Assembly: GCA_016927185.1 (NCBI GenBank)
Contig: JAFGND010000047.1
Location: 1-56,766, forward strand
Source of the DNA: Candidatus Coatesbacteria bacterium
GTDB lineage: Bacteria; JAFGND01
Reading direction: 5' to 3'
Length of the DNA: 56,766 bases
This document shows, piece after piece, positions 29,522-37,550 of the stretch; the stretch's first letter is position 1, and the number at the start of each line of letters is the position of its first letter. The notes beneath the pieces were generated by a model. It did no database searches. It was not told where the DNA came from and worked only from the letters and a program-made list of their open reading frames with translations. Made by a program: the position numbers and the translations under genes.

Positions 29522-31444
29522 CTATTCCAGTATAATTGCATCACCAGCAATTGCGTCATATTTACAAACTTCGTAACATGCACCACATTTTATGCACTTT
29601 GATTTATCAAGATTATGAGCTTGTGATCTTGGACCTGTTATTGCATGAGTAGGACAGACAGAAACGCATCTCTGGCATCCCGTACATTTCCCGGGAATGA
29701 CCCTGTATTCTATCAATGCCTTGCAAACTGCAGCGGGACATCTCTTATGCTTGATATGAGATTCATATTCAGTCCTGAAAAATTTCAGGGTAGTCAGGAT
29801 TGGATTAGGAGCAGTCTGACCCAGGCCGCATAAAGATGCATCCTTTATTCCTTTCGCCATTTCCTCCAGCAGCTCTATATCCTTCTCTTCACCTTGTCCC
29901 TGCGTAATCCTGTGTATTATCTGCAGCATTCTTTTTATTCCTGATCTGCATGGTACGCATTTTCCGCATGATTCACTTTCCAGGAATTCAAGGAAGAATC
30001 TTGCTACGTCCACCATGCATGTTTTCTCATCCATTACTATAAGACCACCGGATCCCATTATTGCACCTGCTGAGGTTAGTTCTTCATAATCCACCCTTAA
30101 ATCTATAAGGTCCTTGGGTATGCAGCCTCCTGATGGTCCTCCTGTCTGTATGGCCTTGAATTCAAATTTGTCTGACATTCCATCACCAAGATTATATACT
30201 ATCTCTGATATGGTAGTTCCCATTGGCACTTCAATCAGCATCGTATTCTTGACCTTGCCTACTAAAGAGAAGACCTTGGTTCCCTTGCTTTTCTCAGTTC
30301 CTATACTGGAAAAGAATTTTGATCCTTTTGCTATTATCACAGGAATATTTGCCCATGTTTCCACATTATTTATATTGGTAGGTTTTCCGAACAATCCGGA
30401 TTGTGCAGGGAAAGGAGGTCTGGGTCTTGGTTCACCTGGAAGTCCCTCAATGGAAGCTATAAGAGCTGTTTCCTCGCCACAAACGAATGCACCTGCTCCC
30501 ATCGAAATCTTGAGATCGAATGAGAAGTCAGTTCCAAGTACTTTCTGTCCAAGAAGACCGTATTCCCTTGCCTGCTTTATGGCTATCTTCAACCTTTTTA
30601 TTGCAAGGGGATATTCCGCTCTTACATATATATAACCTTCATCTGCACCGATTGCATAAGCACCTATAAGCATTCCTTCTATCACACTATGGGGATCTCC
30701 CTCTAAAACACTTCTATCCATGTATGCTCCGGGATCTCCCTCGTCAGCATTACATATTATATATTTCTTACTTCCTTCTGCCTTCCTTGTGAAGCTCCAT
30801 TTCAAGCCAGTCGGAAAGCCTGCTCCACCTCTACCTCTGAGACCCGAAGCTTTTATTTCCTCTATAACTTCATCAGGTGACATTTCTTTGAGAACCTTGA
30901 ATAATCCCTTGTATCCGCCGAAGGCTATGTATTGATCTATCTGCTCGGGATTTATCCTGCCACAGTTCCTCATGACAATCCTCATCTGTCCCTTGAAAAG
31001 ATTGAGATCTTCCATTGTAGTGATTTCCCTGTAAATGTCAGATATATCACTGGCAAGATTTATTTCATCTTCATTAATGAATTTTTCCTTATCAAGCCTG
31101 TAAAGAACCCATTCCTTTCTTATATCTCCTTCTTCCAGGCTTTTGACAAGTTTCTCTGCTTTGTAAATATTCAAGTCCCCATAATAAATCCTGGAACATC
31201 CCGGCATTCTTAAGTCAACTATTGGTTCCTTGAAACAAAGACCTATGCACCCCACTTCATCAACAATGTACTTGTCAGGTTGATTTGCTGACAATTCCCT
31301 CAGGAATGACAGGGTTTGTCCGGCACCAGTTGCCAAACCGCAGGTTGCGGAACCAACCTGGAATTTTATCTTGCTTATTTGAAACATTTCATTTAAGGTC
31401 TTCTGTGAAATGTTTCTTAAATCTGATACTTCCTTTATCAACAT
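29522..31444 (-). CDS. NuoF/HydB-like FMN NADH-binding subunit (long form: N-terminal [2Fe-2S] thioredoxin-like domain, C-terminal ferredoxin)
   Basis: GCIGLC, LRGRGGAGFPTG, CNADEGDPGAYMDR, GAGAFVCGEETAL, ESCGKCVPCR, SLCGLG, CTGCQRCVSVCP, CIKCGACYEVC. Confidence 0.95.
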   Translation of the reverse strand: MLIKEVSDLRNISQKTLNEMFQISKIKFQVGSATCGLATGAGQTLSFLRELSANQPDKYIVDEVGCIGLCFKEPIVDLRMPGCSRIYYGDLNIYKAEKLVKSLEEGDIRKEWVLYRLDKEKFINEDEINLASDISDIYREITTMEDLNLFKGQMRIVMRNCGRINPEQIDQYIAFGGYKGLFKVLKEMSPDEVIEEIKASGLRGRGGAGFPTGLKWSFTRKAEGSKKYIICNADEGDPGAYMDRSVLEGDPHSVIEGMLIGAYAIGADEGYIYVRAEYPLAIKRLKIAIKQAREYGLLGQKVLGTDFSFDLKISMGAGAFVCGEETALIASIEGLPGEPRPRPPFPAQSGLFGKPTNINNVETWANIPVIIAKGSKFFSSIGTEKSKGTKVFSLVGKVKNTMLIEVPMGTTISEIVYNLGDGMSDKFEFKAIQTGGPSGGCIPKDLIDLRVDYEELTSAGAIMGSGGLIVMDEKTCMVDVARFFLEFLESESCGKCVPCRSGIKRMLQIIHRITQGQGEEKDIELLEEMAKGIKDASLCGLGQTAPNPILTTLKFFRTEYESHIKHKRCPAAVCKALIEYRVIPGKCTGCQRCVSVCPTHAITGPRSQAHNLDKSKCIKCGACYEVCKYDAIAGDAIILE

Positions 31445-31920
31445 TCTTGTCCTTCTGATTTTGCTCTATACTTTTCCAGAATTGAAGGGATGCGTTCCTG
31501 TTTCAAGGTTCCGAATGTTTCCTCGTCAACTCTAATGACTGGGGCAAGACTGCAGCAACCAATGCATCTTACTGCCTCGAGGGTGAATTCACCGTCAGAA
31601 GATGTTTCACCTTCCTCTATCTCGAGCTCTCTCTTGAATTTCTCCAGCAAGTCATTGGCACCTTTTACGTGGCAGGCAGTTCCCAGGCATACATGAATGA
31701 GATGCTTGCCTTTAGGCTTGAGAGAGAATGCATTATAAAATGTTGCTATTGAATATACTTTTGCAGCAGGGATATTTAATCTTTCTGCAATAAGTATCAC
31801 TGCCTCTTCTGGAATATAACGCAAGGAAGCCTGCAAATCCTGGAGAATTGGAATCACTGCTTCTGGATCAGCAGGGAATCTCGACAGTATCTCCTCAATA
31901 ATATATACTTCGTTATCCAT
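31438..31920 (-). CDS. NuoE/HydC-like [2Fe-2S] subunit
   Basis: ATFYNAF, VCLGTACHVKG, RCIGCCSLAPV. Confidence 0.95.
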   Translation of the reverse strand: MDNEVYIIEEILSRFPADPEAVIPILQDLQASLRYIPEEAVILIAERLNIPAAKVYSIATFYNAFSLKPKGKHLIHVCLGTACHVKGANDLLEKFKRELEIEEGETSSDGEFTLEAVRCIGCCSLAPVIRVDEETFGTLKQERIPSILEKYRAKSEGQEC

Positions 31921-31926
31921 ATCAGA

Positions 31927-32256
31927 TTATCTGATGCCAGCTTCGTAAAGCTCATGGCACAAATCATATGTTGATAGACCTGTTGTAAAAACTGTTATCT
32001 CGCTGAGGTTTGCTGCTTCAATGACTTCTTCAAGAGGTTGTTTGTCCCTGGCAATTATTATTGCAGAAACATCAATCATTGCCCCGACACTTATGATTTT
32101 CTTGTGTGTCTGTATGGTAATCCAGAGATTTCCTCCTTTTCCAAAAGCCATAAGATCGCTAACCATATCAGAAACGAAAACACCAGTAATATCTCTATCA
32201 AAAAGGTTGTTAAGTGGAGTAATATTCACTTTTTTGATGAGTTCTGAAATTTTCAT
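31927..32256 (-). CDS. DRTGG-domain protein
   Basis: ITGVFVSDMVSDLMA..LWITIQTH..AIII; family typical of hydrogenase-associated operons. Confidence 0.82.
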   Translation of the reverse strand: MKISELIKKVNITPLNNLFDRDITGVFVSDMVSDLMAFGKGGNLWITIQTHKKIISVGAMIDVSAIIIARDKQPLEEVIEAANLSEITVFTTGLSTYDLCHELYEAGIR

Positions 32257-32270
32257 TTTTCCTCCTTTTA

Positions 32271-32810
32271 TTATTCAGGTTCTTCTTCACTTAAAAGACC
32301 GACATCCTTGAAAATATCACCTCTACAGCCTTTGGGTAATAAGCGCAAAGACGAAGAAACAATAAGGATCTTTTTATCCCTGCTTGCAAGTCTTGAATTA
32401 TAAAGCTTGTTCAAGGCTTTCAGCTGGTCTAAAGTAAGATATTCAGTAACATTCGGTTTGTTCTGGTAACATAATGCTGCATAAACAAGAATTTTGTTAT
32501 CCCTTGCCACCTGAGTGAGATTGTTAAGATGGCATTCTCCTGTGCATCCCGTACAATTCATCAAGCCCAGGAGATTGTCGTAATTTATTATCTGTCCGCA
32601 TAACTGACATTCAAGTTCAAATCTTATTGTCTGGTCAGCTCCCAGAATTATCCAGTACTTGTCTCCATCCTTGTATTCCTGCATTGATGGTGCATCTTCA
32701 GTTGAGAAGTAATCCACATATTCATTAGTATTTATGCATTTTTCAGTAACAATGAAGCCACTTTGCAGATTTATCATTTTCCATTCATGATTACATAATT
32801 CTCTTGGCAT
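32271..32810 (-). CDS. Cys-rich hypothetical protein (first gene of the redox operon)
   Basis: GGAG RBS; CNHEW, CQLC, CTGCTGEC, ALC, GC motifs. Confidence 0.75.
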   Translation of the reverse strand: MPRELCNHEWKMINLQSGFIVTEKCINTNEYVDYFSTEDAPSMQEYKDGDKYWIILGADQTIRFELECQLCGQIINYDNLLGLMNCTGCTGECHLNNLTQVARDNKILVYAALCYQNKPNVTEYLTLDQLKALNKLYNSRLASRDKKILIVSSSLRLLPKGCRGDIFKDVGLLSEEEPE

Positions 32811-32914
32811 TCACAACTCCTTTCTTCTTTAAGAAATTATTTAAAGGATTTTTTAGCTGTTTGTACTGGTATATTGTCAAGTGATATTTTTATTAACATA
32901 AATTTTTATTACAT

Positions 32915-32935
32915 TATGTTAAATTTTTTAACATA
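32915..32935. promoter_or_regulatory. Palindromic operator candidate upstream of the redox operon
   Basis: TATGTTAA-ATTTT-TTAACATA with perfect 8-bp arms, about 35 nt upstream of a minus-strand TTGACA (32875-32880). Confidence 0.5.
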
Positions 32936-33186
32936 TCCTGTGCGCTTTAATTATTTATACTTTCAGGAATATGTTTTTGAAAGATCTGGGTTTCTCTATC
33001 ATTCTTGACTGAATCCTGTAAAAAAACAAGAAAGACCTTGCATGAGTTAAAAGGATTTAGAAATGCGACTCATGTTCATTTATTTTTTATGATGTTTTAA
33101 TTAAGAAGGTTATAAAAGTTATTTGACAAAAATAGACCATTTTTAGAGATGGGACATCTTGCACATGAATAGGGGAGGTATTAGCA

Positions 33187-33624
33187 ATGAATACGCATAC
33201 TGTAAAAAAATCAGATATAAAGGAGAAATGGTATTATATAGATGCCGAAGATAAGGTTCTTGGAAGACTTGCCTCCAGGATTGCCTGGATATTGAGGGGA
33301 AAACATAGACCGGAATTCAGTCCCCATCTTGATTTAGGTGATCATGTCATAGTCGTGAATGCAGAAAAGGTTTATCTGTCAGGAAGAAAACCGGCTCAGA
33401 AAATCTATATGCATTACACTGGCTATCATAGCGGATTGAAAAAGGAACCTTTCAGGATCATGATAAAAAGGGATCCGATCCTTGTCATCAAGCAAGCAGT
33501 CAAGGGAATGCTTCCACATAACAGGCTTGGAAGACAGCTATTGAGAAAGCTGAAAGTGTATCCTGGTTCTGAGCATCCTCATTTGGCACAAAAACCTGAA
33601 ATTTTGGATATTAACGCTAAATAA
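33187..33624 (+). CDS. rplM: 50S ribosomal protein L13
   Basis: [44 protein letters not shown]. Confidence 0.98.
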   Translation: MNTHTVKKSDIKEKWYYIDAEDKVLGRLASRIAWILRGKHRPEFSPHLDLGDHVIVVNAEKVYLSGRKPAQKIYMHYTGYHSGLKKEPFRIMIKRDPILVIKQAVKGMLPHNRLGRQLLRKLKVYPGSEHPHLAQKPEILDINAK

Positions 33625-33640
33625 GTATTTTGGAGGGAAA

Positions 33641-34027
33641 ATGGGCAATGATATAGGAACAGGAAGAAGAAAAACAGCAACTGCAAGAGTTTATCTCAAG
33701 GAAGGCAGCGGAAATATCATGATAAACGGCCGCTTACCTTTGAAATACTTTGGCAGGCAACTTCTGGTAGATGATATCAAGAAACCTCTTGTAGTTTCCA
33801 ATATGCTGAATTATTTCGACATAATAGTGAATACAAAGGGTGGAGGTATTGTAGGGCAGGCAGGTGCAACAAGATTAGGCATAGCAAGGGCTCTTGTAAA
33901 GATATTTCCTGAACTGAAGAATATATTGAGACAGGAAAAGCTTTTAACCCGTGATCCTAGAATGAAGGAAAGAAAGAAATACGGATTGGCAGGGGCAAGA
34001 AAGGCTTTCCAATTCTCGAAGAGATAA
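33641..34027 (+). CDS. rpsI: 30S ribosomal protein S9
   Basis: [39 protein letters not shown]. Confidence 0.98.
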   Translation: MGNDIGTGRRKTATARVYLKEGSGNIMINGRLPLKYFGRQLLVDDIKKPLVVSNMLNYFDIIVNTKGGGIVGQAGATRLGIARALVKIFPELKNILRQEKLLTRDPRMKERKKYGLAGARKAFQFSKR

Positions 34028-34038
34028 AAAAGTTTGTT

Positions 34039-34123
34039 TACACATTGAGCTGCTGACTGGTGGTGTCTTTTGGTGGTGACCAAAAAGACAAAAAGTCAGG
34101 TGAAACTCAATGGAAGTTTAACC
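34039..34123 (+). ncRNA. rpsB leader (t44 / S2-binding cis-regulatory RNA)
   Basis: Nested stems CAUUGAG/CUCAAUG, CUGACU/AGUCAG and UGUCUUUUGGU/ACCAAAAAGACA with a GGUG bulge; 5' ACAC and 3' GGAAG..UAACC; lies directly before the rpsB RBS. Confidence 0.78.
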
Positions 34124-34137
34124 AATAAAGGAGAAAT

Positions 34138-34911
34138 ATGGTCACAATCAAAGACTTACTAGAAGCTGGAGTCCATTTCGGACACCAAACAAAACGCTGG
34201 AATCCCAAAATGAAGAAATTCATCTTCATTGAGAGAAATGGAGTTTATATCATTGATTTGCAGAAAACACTTGCTCTTCTTGAGGATGCAGTGAATTTTG
34301 TAGGCAGACTGACACAGCAAAAAGGAACAATACTTTTCGTAGGAACAAAGAAACAAGCTCAGGAAGTTATCCAGTCAGCTGCTGAGGAATGCGGGATGCC
34401 TTATATTGTGGAAAGATGGTTTGGCGGAATGCTTACCAATTTTACCACTATCGCGAGACAGATAAGACAGCTTAAGGCATTGGAAAAAAGAAGACAGGAT
34501 GGTTCTCTTGAAAGAATGTACACAAAGAAGGAAAGACTCAAGATAGAAAGAAAACATGACAAATTGCAGGCAACCCTTGGAGGAGTAAAGGAGATGGCTA
34601 CCTTGCCAGACGCAATATTCGTGGTTGATGCCAAAAAGGAAGCTATAGCAATTCAGGAAGCCCATAAACTTGGAATACCGTCTATAGCTATTCTTGATAC
34701 GAATGCAGATCCTGATATAGTAGATTACCCGATTCCTGGTAATGATGATGCTATAAGATCCATCAAAACTATAACAAATCAGATAAAAGAAGCTATACTT
34801 ACTGCAAGGGAAGGTCAAATGATATCTAGATATAAAGAAGGCAGTGAAGATGAAGAAACAGAGCATGACAATTCTGATAAATATGATATAGAAGGAGATG
34901 AAGATGAGTAA
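34138..34911 (+). CDS. rpsB: 30S ribosomal protein S2
   Basis: LLEAGVHFGHQTKRWNPKM, FVGTKKQA, RWFGGMLTNF, DTNADP, IPGNDDAIRS. Confidence 0.98.
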   Translation: MVTIKDLLEAGVHFGHQTKRWNPKMKKFIFIERNGVYIIDLQKTLALLEDAVNFVGRLTQQKGTILFVGTKKQAQEVIQSAAEECGMPYIVERWFGGMLTNFTTIARQIRQLKALEKRRQDGSLERMYTKKERLKIERKHDKLQATLGGVKEMATLPDAIFVVDAKKEAIAIQEAHKLGIPSIAILDTNADPDIVDYPIPGNDDAIRSIKTITNQIKEAILTAREGQMISRYKEGSEDEETEHDNSDKYDIEGDEDE

Positions 34912-35503
34912 TGAGATTTCGCTCGATATGATAAAATCCTTGAGGGAGAAAACAGGTCTCGGTATAATGGAAGTCAAAGCTGCGCTTAAAGAAACTGATG
35001 GCAATGAGGAAGAAGCAATAAGGATTTTAAGGGAACGCGGCAAAGCAAGAATGGTCAAGAGACAGGACAGGGTTGTCAGACAAGGTATAATACATTCATA
35101 TATACATTTCAACAAGCGTGTTGGTTCTCTTATTGAGCTTAATTGTGAAACAGACTTCGTTGCAAATACAAAGGATTTCAAGGATCTAGCTGAAGAAATT
35201 GCTGAACAGGTTGTTGCTGCATCTCCACTTGCCATAAAAAGAGAGAATCTTGATCCCGAGATTGTTGAAGCTGAAAAAGATATTTACAGGAAGCAAATGG
35301 AGAACGAGAAAAAACCTGCGAATATAATAGAGAAAATAATAGAAGGAAAACTGGATAAGTATTATGAAGAAGTAGTACTCATGGAACAGAAGTACTTCAA
35401 AGACGAGAAAATGACAGTAAAAGACTTGCTAGATGAAATCCAGTCTAAAACAGGAGAAGTAATTTCAGTAGGGAAGATTGCCCGTTTTGAACTTAATGGG
35501 TAA
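34904..35503 (+). CDS. tsf: Elongation factor Ts (short form)
   Basis: IKSLREKTGLG, ELNCETDFVA, IIEGKLDKYY; AAGGAG RBS favours ATG 34904. Confidence 0.96.
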   Translation: MSNEISLDMIKSLREKTGLGIMEVKAALKETDGNEEEAIRILRERGKARMVKRQDRVVRQGIIHSYIHFNKRVGSLIELNCETDFVANTKDFKDLAEEIAEQVVAASPLAIKRENLDPEIVEAEKDIYRKQMENEKKPANIIEKIIEGKLDKYYEEVVLMEQKYFKDEKMTVKDLLDEIQSKTGEVISVGKIARFELNG

Positions 35504-35511
35504 AAATTCCA

Positions 35512-36234
35512 ATGGTTTATAAGAGAATTCTTTTGAAGTTAAGCGGAGAGCTACTGGGAGGAAACGAATCAGGCTCTCCATTCAACAAAGAATCTTTGAA
35601 TTCAATTGCAAGGGATCTCAAGGGAATTAGAAATAATGGTATAGAAATAGCTATTGTATTAGGTGGAGGAAATATTTTAAGAGGCAAGGATGTTAGCTGG
35701 ATGCACAGGGAATATGCAGATAGAATGGGAATGATGGCTACTGTGTTGAATGGTCTGGCATTGAAACAGGCTCTTGACGAGATTGATACAAAATCAATAG
35801 TCATGGGTTCTTTTGCGGTAAAAGAATGCGTAAGGGAGTTTTCTCATGAAGAAGCTTTGAAAGCAATCAAGAACTGCATACTTCTTTTTACTGGTGGAAC
35901 AGGGAATCCATATTTTTCTACAGATTCTGCTGCAGCACTTCGAGGCATACAAATATCTGCAGATTGTCTTCTGAAGGGGACAAAAGTTGATGGAGTATAT
36001 GACAGGGATCCAAAGAAATACAAGGATGCACAAAGATACTCCAGCATCAGTTTCAGAGAAGCTATTGAGAAACAGCTGCAGATAATGGACATGACTGCTT
36101 TTGCTTTATGCATGGAAAATAACCTGCCTGTCCTTGTTTTTGATATAACAAAAAGAGGAAATCTGTTGAAAATATTATCTGGTGAAAAAATCGGTACATT
36201 AGTCTCTGGGGGAGGAGAAAATGAAAGATCCTGA
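35512..36234 (+). CDS. pyrH: UMP kinase
   Basis: RILLKLSGE, GGGNILRG, DRMGMMATVLN, GTGNPYFSTD, TKVDGVYDRDP. Confidence 0.97.
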   Translation: MVYKRILLKLSGELLGGNESGSPFNKESLNSIARDLKGIRNNGIEIAIVLGGGNILRGKDVSWMHREYADRMGMMATVLNGLALKQALDEIDTKSIVMGSFAVKECVREFSHEEALKAIKNCILLFTGGTGNPYFSTDSAAALRGIQISADCLLKGTKVDGVYDRDPKKYKDAQRYSSISFREAIEKQLQIMDMTAFALCMENNLPVLVFDITKRGNLLKILSGEKIGTLVSGGGENERS

Positions 36235-36778
36235 AATTTTAGTATATGACGAAAAAATGCAGAAAGCTCTGGACAGCTTGCATCAATCTTTTGGAAGATT
36301 GAGAAGCGGCAAGGCTTCAATAAATATGCTTGACGGGATAAAAGTGAGCATGTATGGAGATAGTATTCCCATAAATCAGGTAGCAAACATCAAGACACCA
36401 GATCCAAAGCTGATAATAATAAATGCCTGGGACAAGGAAGCTGTTCCTGCAATAATAAAGGCAATTCAGAAAGCAAATATCGGCTTGAATCCTGTACAGG
36501 AGGGAAACAACATAAAACTTCCAATTCCTGCATTGACTGAGGAAATAAGATTATCAATAGTAAAGGAAGCAAAGAAACTGGCAGAGGAAGCAAGAGTGAT
36601 AATGAGAAATGTAAGAAGAGACGCCATAAATGATTTCAAGAAGCAGAAGAAAGATGGTGACCTGTCAGAAGATGAAGAGAAGAGATATGAGAAGGAGATG
36701 CAGGATCTGCACGATAATTTCATGAAGGAAATTGATAATCTGATTTATTTCAAAGAGAAGCAGATCATGGAAGTCTGA
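36221..36778 (+). CDS. frr: Ribosome recycling factor
   Basis: LRSGKAS, PINQVA, GLNP, IPALTEE, RNVRRDA. Confidence 0.96.
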   Translation: MKDPEILVYDEKMQKALDSLHQSFGRLRSGKASINMLDGIKVSMYGDSIPINQVANIKTPDPKLIIINAWDKEAVPAIIKAIQKANIGLNPVQEGNNIKLPIPALTEEIRLSIVKEAKKLAEEARVIMRNVRRDAINDFKKQKKDGDLSEDEEKRYEKEMQDLHDNFMKEIDNLIYFKEKQIMEV

Positions 36779-37515
36779 TGGATATAAAAACTGCTTCGCT
36801 TTCAGAATTGCCATCAAGGGAAAAAAGACCCAGACATATTGCAATAATAATGGATGGCAATGGAAGATGGGCAAAGAAGCAGGGATTGGCAAGAACTGAG
36901 GGACACAGGGCAGGAGTAAAATCGGTAAGGGATGTAATTGAAGCTGGAGTTGAAATAAACCTTTCCCATCTGACACTCTATTCATTCTCATCGGAAAACT
37001 GGAAAAGACCTAAAATTGAAGTTAGTTTTCTTATGGATCTTCTTCATACTTACTTGAAGGACGAAATACAGGAAATGAATGAGAATAATATCAAGTTCAA
37101 TGCAATTGGAAGGATTGAGAATCTGCCTTTCATAGTAAGAAACCAGCTGAGAAAGACAATAGAAGCTACTTTAAGTAATACTGGATTGAAATTGACACTT
37201 GCCTTGTCTTATGGCGGACGTCTCGAAATTGTTGATGCAATAAACAAGATAAGGAAAAGTGATATCAACAGGGAGATAACAGAGAAGGATCTTCCAGACT
37301 ATTTGTATGATCCTTCAATACCAGACGTGGATTTATTGATAAGAACAGGTTCTGAATACAGGATATCCAATTTTCTTCTCTGGCAGTCTGCATATGCAGA
37401 GCTGTTTTTTTCACCTCTATTATGGCCAGAATTCAGGAGACCACATCTTTATGCTGCAATAGTTGATTTCTCAAACAGGGAAAGGCGTTTTGGAGATATT
37501 GCTCCAAAAGTTTGA
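36778..37515 (+). CDS. uppS: Undecaprenyl diphosphate synthase
   Basis: HIAIIMDGNGRWA, FSSENWKRP, LALSYGGR, DLLIRTGSEYRISNFLLWQ, RERRFG. Confidence 0.97.
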   Translation: MDIKTASLSELPSREKRPRHIAIIMDGNGRWAKKQGLARTEGHRAGVKSVRDVIEAGVEINLSHLTLYSFSSENWKRPKIEVSFLMDLLHTYLKDEIQEMNENNIKFNAIGRIENLPFIVRNQLRKTIEATLSNTGLKLTLALSYGGRLEIVDAINKIRKSDINREITEKDLPDYLYDPSIPDVDLLIRTGSEYRISNFLLWQSAYAELFFSPLLWPEFRRPHLYAAIVDFSNRERRFGDIAPKV

Positions 37516-37550
37516 CTTGACATTATATTCAACAAAGCAGAACTTGAAGT

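Noticed and set aside
28830-31920. Respiratory complex I or a complete HydABC hydrogenase
   Set aside because: There are no membrane or NuoBCD subunits, and the third subunit stops after its Fe-S domains with no H-cluster motifs.
32810-33187. tRNA-Sec, riboswitch or small ORF in the largest intergenic gap
   Set aside because: Very AT-rich, with no cloverleaf, stable GC stems or credible ORF; consistent with divergent promoters.
24278-35235. Long antisense ORFs such as 24278..25123, 30114..30635 and 34375..35235 (also 780..1196 and others)
   Set aside because: They are shadows of well-supported genes on the opposite strand and contain no recognisable motifs.
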